Positions 1 through 14,221 of a stretch of 64,000 bases of DNA are shown here, piece by piece; within the stretch, counting starts at the first letter, position 1, and every line of letters starts with the position of its first letter. The notes under the pieces were generated by a model, which worked only from the letters and a program-made list of their open reading frames with translations, made no database searches and was not told the origin of the DNA. The DNA is from Malacoraja senta. Its lineage: Eukaryota. The position numbers and the translations under genes were made by a program. The DNA lies in the NCBI GenBank assembly GCA_038087875.1, contig CM075989.1, positions 13,456,001 to 13,520,000 of the forward strand, given 5' to 3'.

Positions 1-3000
1 ACGGAAATGTTTTCTTCTCTCCCACATCTTCCTCAACTTCTCCCGCTCCTGGGTTCTCCTGCCACCCACATGCACCAGGGGTAATTTGGAACGCTTTTGT
101 CTTTTTAATCTCTAGGCCTTGTCCACCCATTTGGCAATCAACGCCCTGTCCACCCACATTCATCCATCACTTGCCAAGCTTTGTTCTGCTCCCCACCTCT
201 TCCCATTTTCTCCCCTCCCCACTACAATTACTCCAAAGAAGGATCGCCTATGCATGTCTTCCAGGGATGCTGCCTGACCCACTGAATTACTCTAGCACCT
301 TTTGTGTTCTATGTAAGATTCCAGTATCTGCAGTTCCTAGTGTCTCCAGGGGTAATTTGCGGTATCTAGTTAACCTACCACTCGGTGCATCTTTGGCAAG
401 TGGGAGAAAACAGAGCTCCCAAGGTCTGGATTAATCGGGGGTGTCTGACTGCATGAACCACTTCTCATTGTGCCATCCTGAATTAAAGCATTGTTGAGAG
501 CCACATAAAAATGATAGGCACGCAGCCAAGTACATGGGAAGCCACCAGCAAACGTGTGATTATTTTTGCAGCTCAAGATATTGTAATTTGTTAGTCTTTT
601 CCACTATTAGTTTCCAGTGACCTGCAGGCCTTTGGTATTCACTGTATTCCCTTATTAAAGCTAATACACTCTTTTGCTCAGACATTTTCAGACGAAGATA
701 TAATTTGTGTACAAATTACTGCAGACTTTTAAATTACTTCCTGTTTTATTTGTTGCTCCATATTCTCAGACACATTGGTCCTAAGCATGGTTTAATGGGA
801 ACAATAGCTTTCCAAATCTTCGTCCAGCTGATCCACAACACAGATATGAAGAGCATTGCACTCACCCCCTCCTGACCTTTCACCTCAAGAAAAAGGGATG
901 GCTTTGTTCACTTGTATAATGCTGCCATTGAGTGGGAGAAAGCTTCCCTCAGGGAGAATTTGGTTATTCACAAGGGCTGGGTTTCTAATTACTAGAACAC
1001 AAAAAAGACAATTGAGTCCTAGAAGCAGTTTGGAACATATTCAATCCTTTGGGTCAGAAGACTCGAGTAATTTTGGTATACACATTTTTAATATATGACT
1101 GAAATAGTAAATAAAGATCAAACTGCAGTATTAGAATTAGTGGAATTACTGTAAAACATGTAGAATGGAATGTCAGAAAACACTGAAATGAATGTCATAC
1201 TTTATGATGGGTGATCTCTTCCACCTGTATAAACCTGAGAAGTGTCAGCCCAGGAACTTCAACAAATTCTCCAGGATATGAGCCTGTAGCCTAGTGCCTT
1301 TGACCCGCAGCCTATGGTGTATTGATTCTTCTAAAACACTAGAATGATCTGAAGCTAGAAGTGGGAAAAGCATCCTGCTCTGGTCCCGGTTTGCTATACT
1401 TTTGGATCTACTTAAACTAGTTCTATAACTCTGAAGGTGTCTGCCTCACTTAGCATTGTACCTCAAGATAGTCATTGTGGGTGATGTACAGAGATAATTA
1501 TGATTGATGAATTAAGAAAGTATGTTTTGGAATTCTCAATTTAGGATAGAAGTGGGAAAAGGACACATCATTTTCTTTCTTGGAGTTGAGATCTTCTTGC
1601 CCATGGCATTTACAAACTGCCACCTTCTTGCCACCTTTAGCAAATGCATAATTTGTGACGCTTCCTTGCCTTTCCTATCTTAGTCCATATTCGACACCTG
1701 CAAAGCTTTCAATCTTTTACTTCAACATCATTGAATCAAAGTTTCATTATTCCCCTTTTTAAAGTTCTTTGAACTGTTTGGAGGAATTTACATGGTTTAC
1801 TTGTTCTCAAGGAGGGAAAAACTCAGCAGTTATCCAAAATTCACCTCTACTAACCATACCTGAAACAGCATGAGTATTTACATTAATTCTTTAACATTAA
1901 ACTTGGATTCCATTGACTCAAGATGTCATTTTCTTTTGGTAAATTGGCTTCCATTACCCGGTGTTTGGTATTTATCGTCCTATAATCTGAAGCTATTCTT
2001 TATATCCCAGTTGGTATCATTAGCCCGTGGACCTGAAAATAATGCAGATGTTCATGGAGTTAGAATTAGTTATACAGACAAATATTCTTCATGCAAAAAA
2101 AACACTTTCTCGAGCAGCATCTGTGAAGGCAAAGGGTTAGTCAACATTTCAATTCATTTCAGTTCATGCATCATGATGATCCTGCATGGTTGAATGGTGG
2201 AGTAGACTTGATGGGCCGAATGGCCTAATTCTGCTCCTATTGCTTATGACATGTTCCCAACCATTTGGAACATAGAATAGTACAGCACAGGAACAGGACC
2301 TTGTGACCAAAGATGTCTGTACAGATCATGATACCCATTTAAACTGCCTGTGGTCTATATCTCTCAATGCTCTGCCAGTTCATGTGATAAGGACTTCTTT
2401 GTTGTTTTTTGGTTACCTTTGCAGTCCTGATGGAGGATTGTGATCTAAAGTGTTGACCACAGATTCTGTTCAACCTGCTGAGTTTCTCCCAGCAGTTTGT
2501 TCCAGATTCCAGTATTTGCCGTCTTTTGCATCACAAACATTTGTTTCTACAGTCTGGCAGCTGTCCACTTACTTTTACGTGCAATACCAACTTTTCATTT
2601 TACAGCATTTTAATCAGGCTGGTGGTTTCATTTATGCCACAAAGACATCGTCTCACTCATTAGGCAAAGCTCCAGTGCTGGTAGTCTCAGTGTGAGTTTC
2701 CCATCCTTGCTGACTGTTGTGGTTTGGAACTGCTCCAACTAGGGCAGGGGTGACTGAACTAAGCCATTCAGTTCCTAGTTTCTCCGTTAGACTCTAGTTC
2801 ATTTACATCTCGTAGTCTGTGCACTTTTGTAATTTTACTCTCCCATCTGCACAACTTGATGTACCCACTAGTTTAATTTCATCTCAAACCTTAAGATAAT
2901 AGTTTCTTTTCCTATCTATCTTACTGCAGATGATGAAGTAAGTAAGTTTAGACCAAATATTCACGTACAAGGAATTTGCCTTGGTGCTCTGCCCACAAGT

Positions 3001-5022
3001 AACAACATGACATACAGTGATTCAGATTCCTGGAACCATTCTGATAATCAAATTAAAGTCTTTACCCCTGTTTTCTGTCTCCTGTCACCCAAACTATTAC
3101 CATTGGTCATGGATCAGTGCCTGTCTGTGTGATTGCATTTTCATTTAGAATCTCATTGTTCTGGGTGCCCTTAAGAGTCATAAACACTAATGGACAATTA
3201 GCCACAAGTCATTCATGAATTAGTCATAATATATGACAAAGAAGTCCACATTTTGGTCAGCTTGTGCAAGTCAGAAATATGTAATATAACTCTTAAATGC
3301 AGCAGGGTGACGAGACTCACCAATAGTTGAGGAAAATTCAGCACACCCTCAGCAGCCTGATCTCCCACAGAAATAAACGACCAAAAATCATTCAGCCATC
3401 AAGCTCAAATGATCATTCTCAGGCTTTCATTAGGTTTCAGTGATATAGAAATAAGTTGGTGTCTGTTGGGCATTCTATGGTACCCAAACTATTGGATTAT
3501 GAGCAGAGGCCAAGGTTAAAGGGTGGCTGTGCATCAGGTAGGTGAGCTGCTGTGTAGTTTAGATTCTTTCAACTTAGATTTCCTTCTGCAAATTAATCTT
3601 TCATTAACACGTGAAGTAGAAGATTAGATATGATCTTATTGAACAGCAGAACTGGTTTGAAGAGCTTGATAGCCTGCCCGTCTCTGTTTTTTATATTGTT
3701 AACAAGAAACCAAACTTTCACTGGAAGATGCAATGGGGCAGTGCTCTTGTCTTGCCTGTCTTTGACCATCTTCAGGGCAAATTAGAGGCTTGTTCAAGGT
3801 AATACCTAAATCTTGAACTGAGACTCTTTAGGCATAAAGACCATACACAAACTGACCGTCCTGACTACCTACAACCTAGCTGGAATGACAGCTTTCTGGC
3901 TGTGGCTTTGTCAGAGGGGATAGAATGTGGGCAGTTTGAAGACCATAGTGAACCCAGTTATAACTCTCACAAGGGCAAGGCCAGCTGGTTACCAGTTGAA
4001 TAGCTGAAGATTGTGTCAAGTGTTTTCCTGAAGATATGGAATTGTTATTGATCCCCTCTGGTAGGAGGTGGTATCTGGAACTAATAAATGCTAGGGTATT
4101 AAAGGTAACAGGCAAATGGGAAATAATTTTATTCATGATTCCTATTTTATTTAACTGACTGTGGTGACATAGAATATAATACCAACTATGGTATTGATCA
4201 TAGTTGAAAGGGATATTGATTCATACCACTCTCCATATTAGGACATTGCATGGTCTAATTTTATTGGACATTAAACATGCTCATATCCAATAGTCTGGGT
4301 ACCATAGAATGTTCCACAGACACCAACTTATTTCAGGGCATTTGTACACTGAAGTGGGGTGAGCTTGACAGCAAATGTCGTGGTCTTATTCAGTGACTGA
4401 GGAAGTGGAATCAGAGCCATGTGACATGGGTTAGTGTCAGTAAGATCTTGGAACACTCAGTTATCCTGGACTTTTCTCTGAATTTATCTAGTTTGTCTCA
4501 GACCAAGAATCAATAATTGAACCTTCTGCTCCAAATAACGAGAACTAAAGTTAATCCCAACACCACCAAATAAAATAAAATGACTTAAGTGCATGTTAGA
4601 AAATTACAGACACATTTGGATGCATGTTGGCCAAATATCTGCTTAAATAAATAATGAATATTTTGGTATGTCTGGATTTTCCTGAACCAAAATCTGTAAA
4701 TGGACTAACTGACTGGGGATATTAGAGGGGACTCCAATGGAGAAGTAGAAGATCATCCTGTTTCAATCTGAGAAGCCTGGAGCAGGAGTTTTGAGAGGAA
4801 TTAATACGTTGAGGAATTCATGTGCACTGATCAGAGAAGGTAACCAACAGTCCAAAGAGTTGGTGAACACTTGTTAAAGGTGGCAAAGTTTGAAATGCCA
4901 GTTTGTAAATTTCATTAATAAGAAGATCTCAACCCCAATTAATAGAACGAAAAGTCTCCTTTTCCCACAGTGGAATATGAAGATAAACAATGTTGAGTAT
5001 GGTCTAACCCATCAAGATGTCA

Positions 5023-5208
5023 GGTACACAAAAATGCTGGAGAAACTCAGCGGGTGCAGCAGCATCTATGGAGCAAGGAAATAGGCAACGTTTCGGGCCG
5101 AAACGTTGCCTATTTCCTTCGCTCCATAGATGCTGCTGCACCCGCTGAGTTTCTCCAGCATTTTTGTGTACCTTCGATTTTCCAGCATCTGCAGTTCCTT
5201 CTTTAACA
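5023..5208. mobile_element. Palindromic Penelope-derived mini-element with 14-bp target-site duplication
   Basis: ~72-bp inverted arms around gggc; flanked by ccatcaagatgtca at 5009-5022 and 5209-5222; sequence resembles the Penelope 3' ends elsewhere in the window. Confidence 0.85.
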
Positions 5209-5814
5209 CCATCAAGATGTCATGTCCATTCTGGGTTCATGTCTAAGGTTCACAAAACAAATTCATCAGAATATCACCAAGGATTAAAGGAAAAATGACA
5301 AGGCCAAGATATATAACCTTATATTTGGAGAGTTGAGGAAAGTGGATCAAATTATGCAATGATTTGTTGCAGAGACCCATGTACTCTGCTGGAGGAATTC
5401 AAAAGGATAGGGGCAGATATTTAAATTGGAACCGAGTTATATTGAAGTGAAAGTCAGTATATATTTCAATAGAGGTCCGACACACTTCCTCAAAAGACTT
5501 CCTTCCTCGTGTCCGGCCATCTTCTATATCACGTCTTTCCGGTCGGTCAGTGACGGTTGACGGTCGGTGGTTGCAGAATTGGCTTCTTCAGTCAGTCGCT
5601 GGTACAGTTTCTGTCGTCAGCATTGCCCGGGATGCGCCACGTGGAGGCTTCTGCTTGCATCCCCTCAAAAGACTGAAAGCAGCAGTCATTTGATGGGAAT
5701 GGGAGGATTTGTAAAGTGAGGGAATCTAACCACAGTTTCTGAGCAAGCTGAGTGTTCAGTCTTGGTTGTGTTCCCATCGCAAGCCTAGCTACCAGCACCA
5801 GTTTACAGTTTTAG

Positions 5815-6440
5815 GTATCGGTATTGTATTGCCTTATTATTGTCATGTACACTGAAATACAGGAAAAATCTTTGTTTTGCATGCCATCCAAGCAAATGAT
5901 ACCACACATGAATACAGTCAAACAAGACCATGAGTATTTCAGGTAGTGGAAAAAGAGGACGGAAATAGTGCAGAATATTTGATGAATGTTACAGCGAAAG
6001 TGTAAATAAAAGAAAGGTGCAAGGGCTGAAATGAGGTAGACTGGAATATCAGAAATACATCCTTAGTATAAGAGGTCCATTCCAGTGTCTGATAACAGTG
6101 GGGAAGAAGATGTTCCTGAATTTGGTGGTACGTATTTCCAAACTTTAGTATCTTCTGCCCGACAGTAAAGAAGGGAAGAGAGTGTGAGTGGTCCTTGATT
6201 ATGTTTGCTGCTTTCTCAAGGCAGCATGAAGTGTAGTTGGAGTCAAGAGAGGAGGGGCGGGGGCGGGGGGGCTGGTTGGTGTAATGGACAGGGCTACATC
6301 CACAATTCTGCAATTCCATTCAGTCTTCTGCAGAGCTTTTGCCAAACCATGCTGTGATGCATCTGAAAGGATGCTTTCTATGGTGCGTTTGTGGAAATTG
6401 ATGAGAGTCATTGGAGAAATGTTGAATTTCCTTATTCTGT
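5815..6440 (-). mobile_element. Degenerate Rex1/Babar-type LINE 3' fragment
   Basis: Minus-strand remnants TLINFHKRTIESILS and KAANIIKD, plus a 3' tail with gacaataata and short tandem repeats. Confidence 0.65.
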
Positions 6441-7264
6441 TGCTTAATAACGAGTTATTAGCCTGACATCTGGGGCTAATAACTGGATAAAAGAGTTAGA
6501 AATCACATGCTAGGAGAGTGGAAATAATAAAACAGAGGAGCATTGGAGCATTATTACCAATAACTCTTTGCAAGATGAACCCAAGTCGCCACATATTGCG
6601 AAAAATAATATATTAACAAACAACGGGAGTAAACATGTTGTTTTCCATTATTGTACATGTGTTTTTATGTAAATCATAAAAACAACAAGAATTTATAATC
6701 TTTTGCTTTTGTATTCCTGCCGATTAGATACAAGAGAGTTCTGTGCCAGAAACTTGCACCCTGGACACTGTGGAATTCTCAGAGGTAATCACTGAAATAG
6801 TTATAGATGAAATATCTCAAGGGGCATAACTTCATATCCCGTGTCCTCCCTCACTTGCGCCACTCGCTTTTAACAGCTGGAAATATGCAGTAAATAATGT
6901 GTACCTTCATTGTATGTCACTTCACTGGATGTCACACAAAGCAACGTTTTTCACTGCATGTGACCATAATAAAACAATACCAACAATTGCAGCCTGGAGT
7001 TACAACTGGGGTGGGGTTAAAGGATCGGTGGCAAAGAGAAATCTGCTGCGAATCAGCTCATTCTCCAGAAGCAGAAAAGGCTCAGATCTAACTGGTCTAA
7101 TGCCATGATGTCTTGGGCAAGGGTCAAGGGCTGAGAGAAACCTGTGTATTCCCAGGATAAAACAGTTGAGAGTATCAGATATTTTTGTAAGATGATAGTA
7201 CAGAATGCCACTCCTTCGCCAAGATATTTATTGCATATTATCAGATCAAACTCAAGTGTATTGA

Positions 7265-7453
7265 AGGTAGACAAAAATGCTGTAGAAACTCAGCGGGTGC
7301 GGCAGCATCTATGGAGCGAAGGAAATAGGCGACGTTTCGGGCCGAAACGTTGCCTATTTCCTTCGCTCCATTGATGTTGCCGCACCCGCTGAGTTTCTAC
7401 AGCATTTTTGTCTACCTTCGATTTTCCAGCATCTGCAGTTCCTTCTTGAACAC
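7265..7453. mobile_element. Palindromic Penelope-derived mini-element with 14-bp target-site duplication
   Basis: Same architecture as 5023..5208; flanked by ctcaagtgtattga at 7251-7264 and 7454-7467. Confidence 0.85.
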
Positions 7454-8331
7454 CTCAAGTGTATTGAGTGTCATATGTATCGAAAAACTAGATAATTAAA
7501 TTCTTACTTGCAGCAGCATAACAGAGTACTCATATAATATAACCAAAAAAGGTTCAATAAATTAAACAAAAATAATATTAGTGCAAAGAGAAAACACAAA
7601 GTCCCTAGCTGCAACCAAGACAGATTGTAGTTTAGTTGGTGATTATAGTGTTCTGGAGACTGATGGTTGTTAGGAAGAAAATGTTCCTGAACTATTTTAA
7701 ATTCAGTTAGTAAATATTTTTTAATGAATTGGTAACAACCATTACACTTTATGGAGCGAGAGAATCTACATAAAATCATGGAAGTTACTTGTTTGAACAG
7801 TTCCTCCTGCTTTTTGGGATTGTACTCGCCTCCATGTAAGATTTTATTTGGTTGGATTTTATTCTGCTTTATAATAGGACAGCCATTTAGGAAGAACTAG
7901 AAGTGAGCTGCCTCCCTGATCCAGCTGTCTGTCTGAGAGCCACTGAATAACGGACACCAACGGAACTTGGGAGCAGTCTGCAAACTGCTTGTTATACTCA
8001 AGGAAAGCACCAGTGAGAGCACATTCACTCTTTATTACTTGGTGAATTCCTTTGCTGAGAAAAAAAACTTTCTAAACCTGAGGTGATTGTCAGAATGAAT
8101 CCTGGCAGATTTTTCTCCACTTTCCCTCCTGGATATAATACAGCATTGGGAACAGCTCCCTTGCTTTTACACCGCTCCAGGGTTGTTGGTCTCAGTCTTA
8201 TCCCGACTTTGTGATTGGTTTCTGCCTTCAGAGCACCTCTGAGTTGATGATAATTGATAGAGTAATACACACTGCAGGCTGACAATGGATCTGTTGTATT
8301 TTGGTGTTGATCTGTTGTATTTTGGTTCTAG

Positions 8332-8484
8332 GAGAAGGAGGTGTTGCAGAAACAGCTGGAAGAAGCTAATCGCGAGGCCCAGAAGTATAGGCAGCAGCTC
8401 TTTGAGAAGGAGCAGGAGGCAGAGGCCTATCGGCAGAAGCTGGAAGCCTTTGGGCATCTGCCCTCAAATAAGCAGTTGCTCTAA
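8332..8484 (+). CDS. GABPB1: GA-binding protein beta 1, last coding exon (C-terminal coiled coil); upstream exons not identified in this window
   Basis: Acceptor ttctag at 8326-8331. Translates [50 protein letters not shown], stop TAA 8482-8484. Matches the recalled human C-terminus ([39 protein letters not shown]). Adjacency to HDC favours GABPB1 over GABPB2. Confidence 0.92.
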   Translation, partial: EKEVLQKQLEEANREAQKYRQQLFEKEQEAEAYRQKLEAFGHLPSNKQLL

Positions 8485-10341
8485 ATTGTCAGGTGGACAT
8501 TAAGAGGCAAACACTTCACTCAAACACTCAGCGGTTCCAGATCCTACAAGAAGGGCAGCCTTCTCGATCACTGTGACACAAAATGGCACGGCAACATCCA
8601 GGCATAAAGGGTGCTGAAGACAGAGCATGGCTCGGTAAATTGTGCTTTTTGGTCAATTTGAAATCTTAAGTGATTGAACTGCATTCGAAGGATGTACAGA
8701 CGTACAGGTTGGAGGAAGAGAAGAAATAAGGCAGTGAGCAATCTGCTGCATCCATAATATTCCACAAGGACTGAATCTGTCCGAAGAGCACAGTCCCTCG
8801 GACCTTACTCATTCACACCCCTCCTCTCTGAGGTCCTAGGTAGTTCTTTTATTACATTGAAATGCTCTGGCTCTTGTGAGCTTATCATTGCATATTGTTT
8901 TTATCTATTGATTACTCGATTGCCTCTGTGATATGTTGCGAGTATGAAATATTGTCTGGACAATAGTAGAACGAAGTTGTGCAGGTGATTAGTAAAACGT
9001 GGTGGAGCCTTCTTTGCGCACTGTGTAGGCAGGGAACTGCCCACTCCTGTGAGGGTAATTGAGGCTTTTAATATTTAAATGTAACTGTGCAAAATGAGCC
9101 ATTGGGTTGCTATGGACTGTTTGCCTTCCCAAAATCATTTAAAATGTTGAGTTACAGAAGTTTAATAATGTCTCAATGGTATTTTTAGAAATCTTTGAAG
9201 GAGTACTCGCAACATCAGGAACTAAGTTAAGACCTAGTTTCAAAAAGCATATTTGAAGTCTAAATAAAATAATCAAGCTTCAATGTCATTAACCAAAATC
9301 AAATAGTAAAAAGTAGAGTCTTGTTGTTTGTAATACTTGTGTCTGATTTTCCTCTTGGGTTCAACTCGGACTTACCGAAAAAGGCTATGCATCTGCGGAC
9401 CGATACTGCTTTAGAAATCCAATGAGCCACACCGTACTGGACATGTTCCTGGAATGGATTATTCACTTACTGGGAAAGCCAGTAGTGTTTGGAGACAGGG
9501 CATCAATCAGGTAATGGCAGTAGGTGATGTTTTACACGTACTGTTGCTCATCCTGATACAAAAAAACATTCAATCCGTACCCCTCAATTATCTCCTAACA
9601 ACAAGACTTTAGTTTGACACATTGAGCTGAGCTTGAAAATGACATTCAGAATTTTGAACTCTATTAATTTATACCATGCAAGTGCGACAGAGCTCGCCCA
9701 TCAATATTAAATGTCATTATGAAAGGTAACGTTTGCAAAGGTCCATTGGTGGGCAGAGAGTTTGGCTGAGCTGACACAGGGTTATATTATTTAAAGTGTT
9801 ACTATTATGGCAATGTTGCAAACACCAGCAGCTGGAAGTGTGAGAGAATGGTGCTGGTGACCGGATCGCAGAGAACAGCTGCTGGTGTCTGCTGGCTGTG
9901 CAACATTCGGATGTTGTTTTTAATGTATTATGTTGTAGCTCGTTTATATTCCTTGTTCAGCCAGTCTTGTCCCTTTCATCGTTCCTGGAGAGCTGTTATT
10001 TGTCCTGCCATCTGATCCATGCTGAGTGTCCTTTAACTGCCTGGCTGATGATTTTATTTAGTATTTAGTTCTGACTTTTCCACCGAGGGGCTGCTGCAGT
10101 GACCACCCTTAGACTGAGAGTGCTGGCATCCCGTTAAACAGCAGCACTCATTTGAGTGTGAAAGAGAAGACTGTTTGTTCCAGCTAGTCAGCTCCTGACT
10201 TAATGTAAATTGAACTACAGTTTATTATAAGCTGCAGTGAATTCAGAGCATTTCCTCATAGATTTTTTTTCCATTCAGCCTATCCTTGTAATTGTATAAA
10301 CTAAGATGATTACAAATCTTCCACTGTATAATTTTGTATCA

Positions 10342-10347
10342 AATAAA
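10342..10347 (+). promoter_or_regulatory. GABPB1: Candidate polyadenylation signal of GABPB1
   Basis: AATAAA preceded by several TGTA motifs and followed by a T-rich tract, ending a ~1.9 kb stretch with no recognised repeats after the stop codon. Confidence 0.55.
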
Positions 10348-11504
10348 AACTTTCTTAAGCAATGATTTTCTTTAATTTCATTTCTGAAAGATAGTGGCTG
10401 TAATCAAAGAAACGTGGGAAAATACTGCACATGGCTTTTGTCCAGTCGTGTTGTATCTGCTGGCCAAACGTGAAACCCAGGTGAAGGTTGCCCCATGCCT
10501 CAGAATTCAGCTGCCGTTCACGTGTGACAGATGGCTTTCATCCCATCACACTTTGAAAACCCCACATCAGTCCCCATCTAATTCTTCCACTCTCAACTAG
10601 TTACTGACCTCTGCTGAAGGAAAAAGTCATTTTCAATATCTAGGTTTCTCATACTTTTGTGTAGTGTAATTAATCTTCAATTTGGTCTTTATTCCAACAA
10701 AAGCCCCGTCTCATACTCTGCAGATCTGGGAATGTGCAGTATATTCCCATTGCACCTTCAACAAGACCCCCCCCCCCAATGGTGACCAGATTTGTAAGTT
10801 GCCCTCCCTCTTTAGCCCAATTAATGCTCTAAGTAAATATATGGCTTATCAAAACAATGTCCACAAGCCTTCTGAACACCTTCCCTACCTATCTGTTACC
10901 TCCAGGCACCCATCTCAACCCTCTGTTCCTCTTCAACTCTCAGCATCATATCATGAATACCATGATCCCTCCCTAGTATGTCCTGTTAAATGCATCACCT
11001 CACATTCTGGGTTGATTGTTTCCAGTTCTATATTCAGACTGATGAAAGGTCATCTATCTCCTCTTCCAACACATGCTGATTGATCTGCAGAGTGTTCCCT
11101 GCATGTTTCTGGTTTTCCAGCAGCTACAGTGTTTTTTAAACTTTCCATTCCATTTGCTATTATTTTGCCCTCCTAAATAGTATGTTGAGATCCTTGTGCA
11201 ACTGAAGCTTCATTGCTGTCTTTCTGTGTGGAGGTTCCATGTTGTCCCTGTAACCATGTGGGTTACCTCTAGATGCTCCAGTTTCCTCGCACACACCCTA
11301 GTTGGTAGGCAATTGTTCACAGTAAGTTGTCCCTGGTGGGATAATGGGGGTAGAATTTGCCGACAGTTGATTGGAAGTAGGGAGAATAAAACGAGACTAG
11401 TGTGAAATGGGTGCTCGATGTTCAGCGTTGACTTGGTGAGCCTAAGATCATTTATTTGTACTATGATACACAAACTTTCTTTCGCACCAACCAAATAAGT
11501 CATT

Positions 11505-11822
11505 CACACAAAAGGACGCAAAGTGCTGAAGAACATGGATAGGTGACGTTTTGGGTCGGAATCCTTCTTCAGACTATCTTCAGTCTGAAGAAGGGTCCCG
11601 ACCCAAAACATTGCCGATCCCATGTTCTCCAGAGATGCTGACCCGTTGAGTTATTCCAGCGCTTTGTGACCTTTTGTGTAAACCAAAGATCTTTGGTGTA
11701 AACCGGCATCTGAAGAAGGGTCTCGACCCGAAACATCACCCGTTCCTTCTCTCCAGTGATGCTGCCTATCCCGCTGAGTTACTCCAGCATTTTGTGTCTA
11801 CCTGCGGTTCCTTGTTTCTACA
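11505..11822. mobile_element. Penelope-derived terminal fragments (inverted pair plus extra copy)
   Basis: ccttcttcagac / gtctgaagaaggg inverted motifs and agatgctg...gagttactccagcattttgtgtctacc tail. Confidence 0.7.
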
Positions 11823-12604
11823 ATGTCTAACCGTAACCACTCCGCAACCCGAATCTCTGGACTGACAAGAACGGGACCCATTTATTTCTATACCTCTCTT
11901 TGGCCATCTATCATGTAACGAGTGCCGAAGATTTATTCTTTTCAGTTTTTTATTCACCATTCACCCTGCGTCGACTCGAGTTGAAGGTCTAGCCCCCTGT
12001 GATAGACTCCGGTCACCGTTACCCATTTCACAAAATTGTAATATCACATCGTTCCCTTTCTCTACCTTTCCAAATTGCCCTCTGCTCGGTTTAAAGCAGA
12101 GTCTTACTGCTTCTAACAGCCGGGGCGCTCCCGGGGGTTGTTGTGGCTGGGAACACCACTGGGTCTCATATTTCCACCGACACACTTGTTGATATGCGTG
12201 GGATATTTATGCGCCGGTTCATTCCCACCATCTCCTGCTTCGTTCCCGGCTCCTGTTTACGGTTCAATTTCCGATGGTTCAGATACCGACCGAGCGACCA
12301 GTTGTTCATTTATAAAAGCGATGTTCAACTTCCATTTAAGCAGTTGATTCCCGTCAGAAACACCTGAAGATGTTCTCACCTCTTGCGTCAGTCGGACTGC
12401 CTCGACAAAGGGATTTAAATAGGGTAAGCTGCCTCATTAAAACCGTTTCCGGATACCGGTTGTCACTTCGAGATTCTGATCGCTCGTATTTCACCGGTGC
12501 CAAGGAAGAGAAACTCTTGGGGAAGTAAGTGCCCAGTAACCCTGGACAATTCCCCTGGACGAGTTGGCCGGCTTCCCAATAGGGGGGTTGCACGTAAGGT
12601 CACT

Positions 12605-13456
12605 GGGTCATAGGGCTTGACGCACGGAGTCGCTCAATCCATCTGGAGGACATCCGTAACTTCCGGTATATGTTATTAATGCAAGAAACACGTACTTTCC
12701 TACCTGTTAAAAACCGCCAACATTTTGAATTTTTTCGCTGTAAAAAATTGTGGAAGTCGGGGTAAGTGTGAGAGACATGTACCCAACTTCAGAATTCCAA
12801 AAGTGAAGCGAAATGAAGGTAAAGAGAAGCGACAGCTGAAGGGACAACAGCAGCTAAAGTGCTTGGCGAACATTGGCTGTGCAGATATCGGAATTGGAAA
12901 TATTGGGATTTATCGCGTTTGCTCACTGCATTTCATCAACAGTAAGGCATTATTTGTGGTTTTTCTTGATTCCTTTGGTATCTAAAAAGTCTCAGAAGTG
13001 ATAAATCTGGTTGTAAATGTTGCTTCAGAGGCGTTTTCTTTTTGTATGTAAAAACCCACGAGAACCATGGGCGATTTTAAAATTTTACAGCCAGATTTAT
13101 CCCTTCTGAAACTTTTTAGATGCCAAAGGAATAAAGAAAAAACACAAATAATGCCTTAGTTGATGAAATGCAGTGAGCAAACGGCCAATGTTCGCCAAGC
13201 ACTCTGGCTGTTGTTGTCCTTCAGCTCTCGCTTCTATCTACCGTCATTTCTCCTCACTTTTTGAATTCTGAAGTAGGCTAAATGTCTCCCACGCTTATCC
13301 CGATTTCCATAATTATTTACAGCCCAAAAATTGACAATTTCGGCGGGTTTTAACGGGCCCGCTACGCTGGAAACAATGGTAAGTACTTACTGCAGTTCAT
13401 CGCGTGTAATCCATTTGGCGTAGCGTAGCAACAGTACGGGTCATGGGTCGTGACCC
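12605..13456. mobile_element. Foldback/MITE-like DNA element with long internal inverted repeats
   Basis: ~12704..13017 is an imperfect reverse complement of ~13084..13356; outer ends GGGTCA...TGACCC; no TSD identified. Confidence 0.6.
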
Positions 13457-14221
13457 TCGAGTTAAAGCATTGCAGGTTGGATGAAGACTGATCAATCTGA
13501 AGAAGGGTCCTGACCAGAAAGTCACCTATCCTTGTTCCCAATGGTACTTTGTTGTCACATGTGTCTAAGTACAGTGGAAATCTTTTGTTTTGTAGTCTAG
13601 TAACAATCTCCAGAGATGCTGCCTGTCCCGCTGAGTAAAACTCCAGCATTTTGTGTCTACCTTCGATTTAAACCAGCATCTGCAGTTGTTTCCGACACAT
13701 AAATGTAGAGATCAAGTGTCTTTAATTGTGATATGTACCCGCTACGGAACAATGACATTTCCTAAACAAATGAACAAAATTGGCTACTCTCTACTCTACT
13801 GGGACATTGCCAATAGTCTCAACCTCCTTCTTGATCTCAACATGCTCTGGAATATTACGGTACACCACACTTGATCTCACTATCCCTTGTGTCATTCTCC
13901 CTGGTGAATACCATTGCAAAGTACCTCACCCATTTCACTGGCTCCAGCCATAAATTACAAGTCCTACCCTCTCCCTAACTATCCCTTTATTAGAATAATC
14001 TGAAGAAGGGTCTCGGCCGGAAACGTTACCCATTCCTTCTATGCTGAGATGCTGCCCGTCCCGCTGAGTTACTCCAGCATTTTGTGAATATCCCTTGTTA
14101 GAATATATGTACACAATGTTCTGGAATATTTCTTAAATCTTATTACGGACATTTCATGTCTCCTTTTGTTCTTGCATTCCCAGAATGAGTGCTTTCTATC
14201 TTCCTTTATATTCTTTAAAAT

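Noticed and set aside
1..8331. Additional GABPB1 coding exons
   Set aside because: No segment with splice sites and recognisable GABPB1 peptide was found by eye; treated as intron, though a diverged small exon could have been missed.
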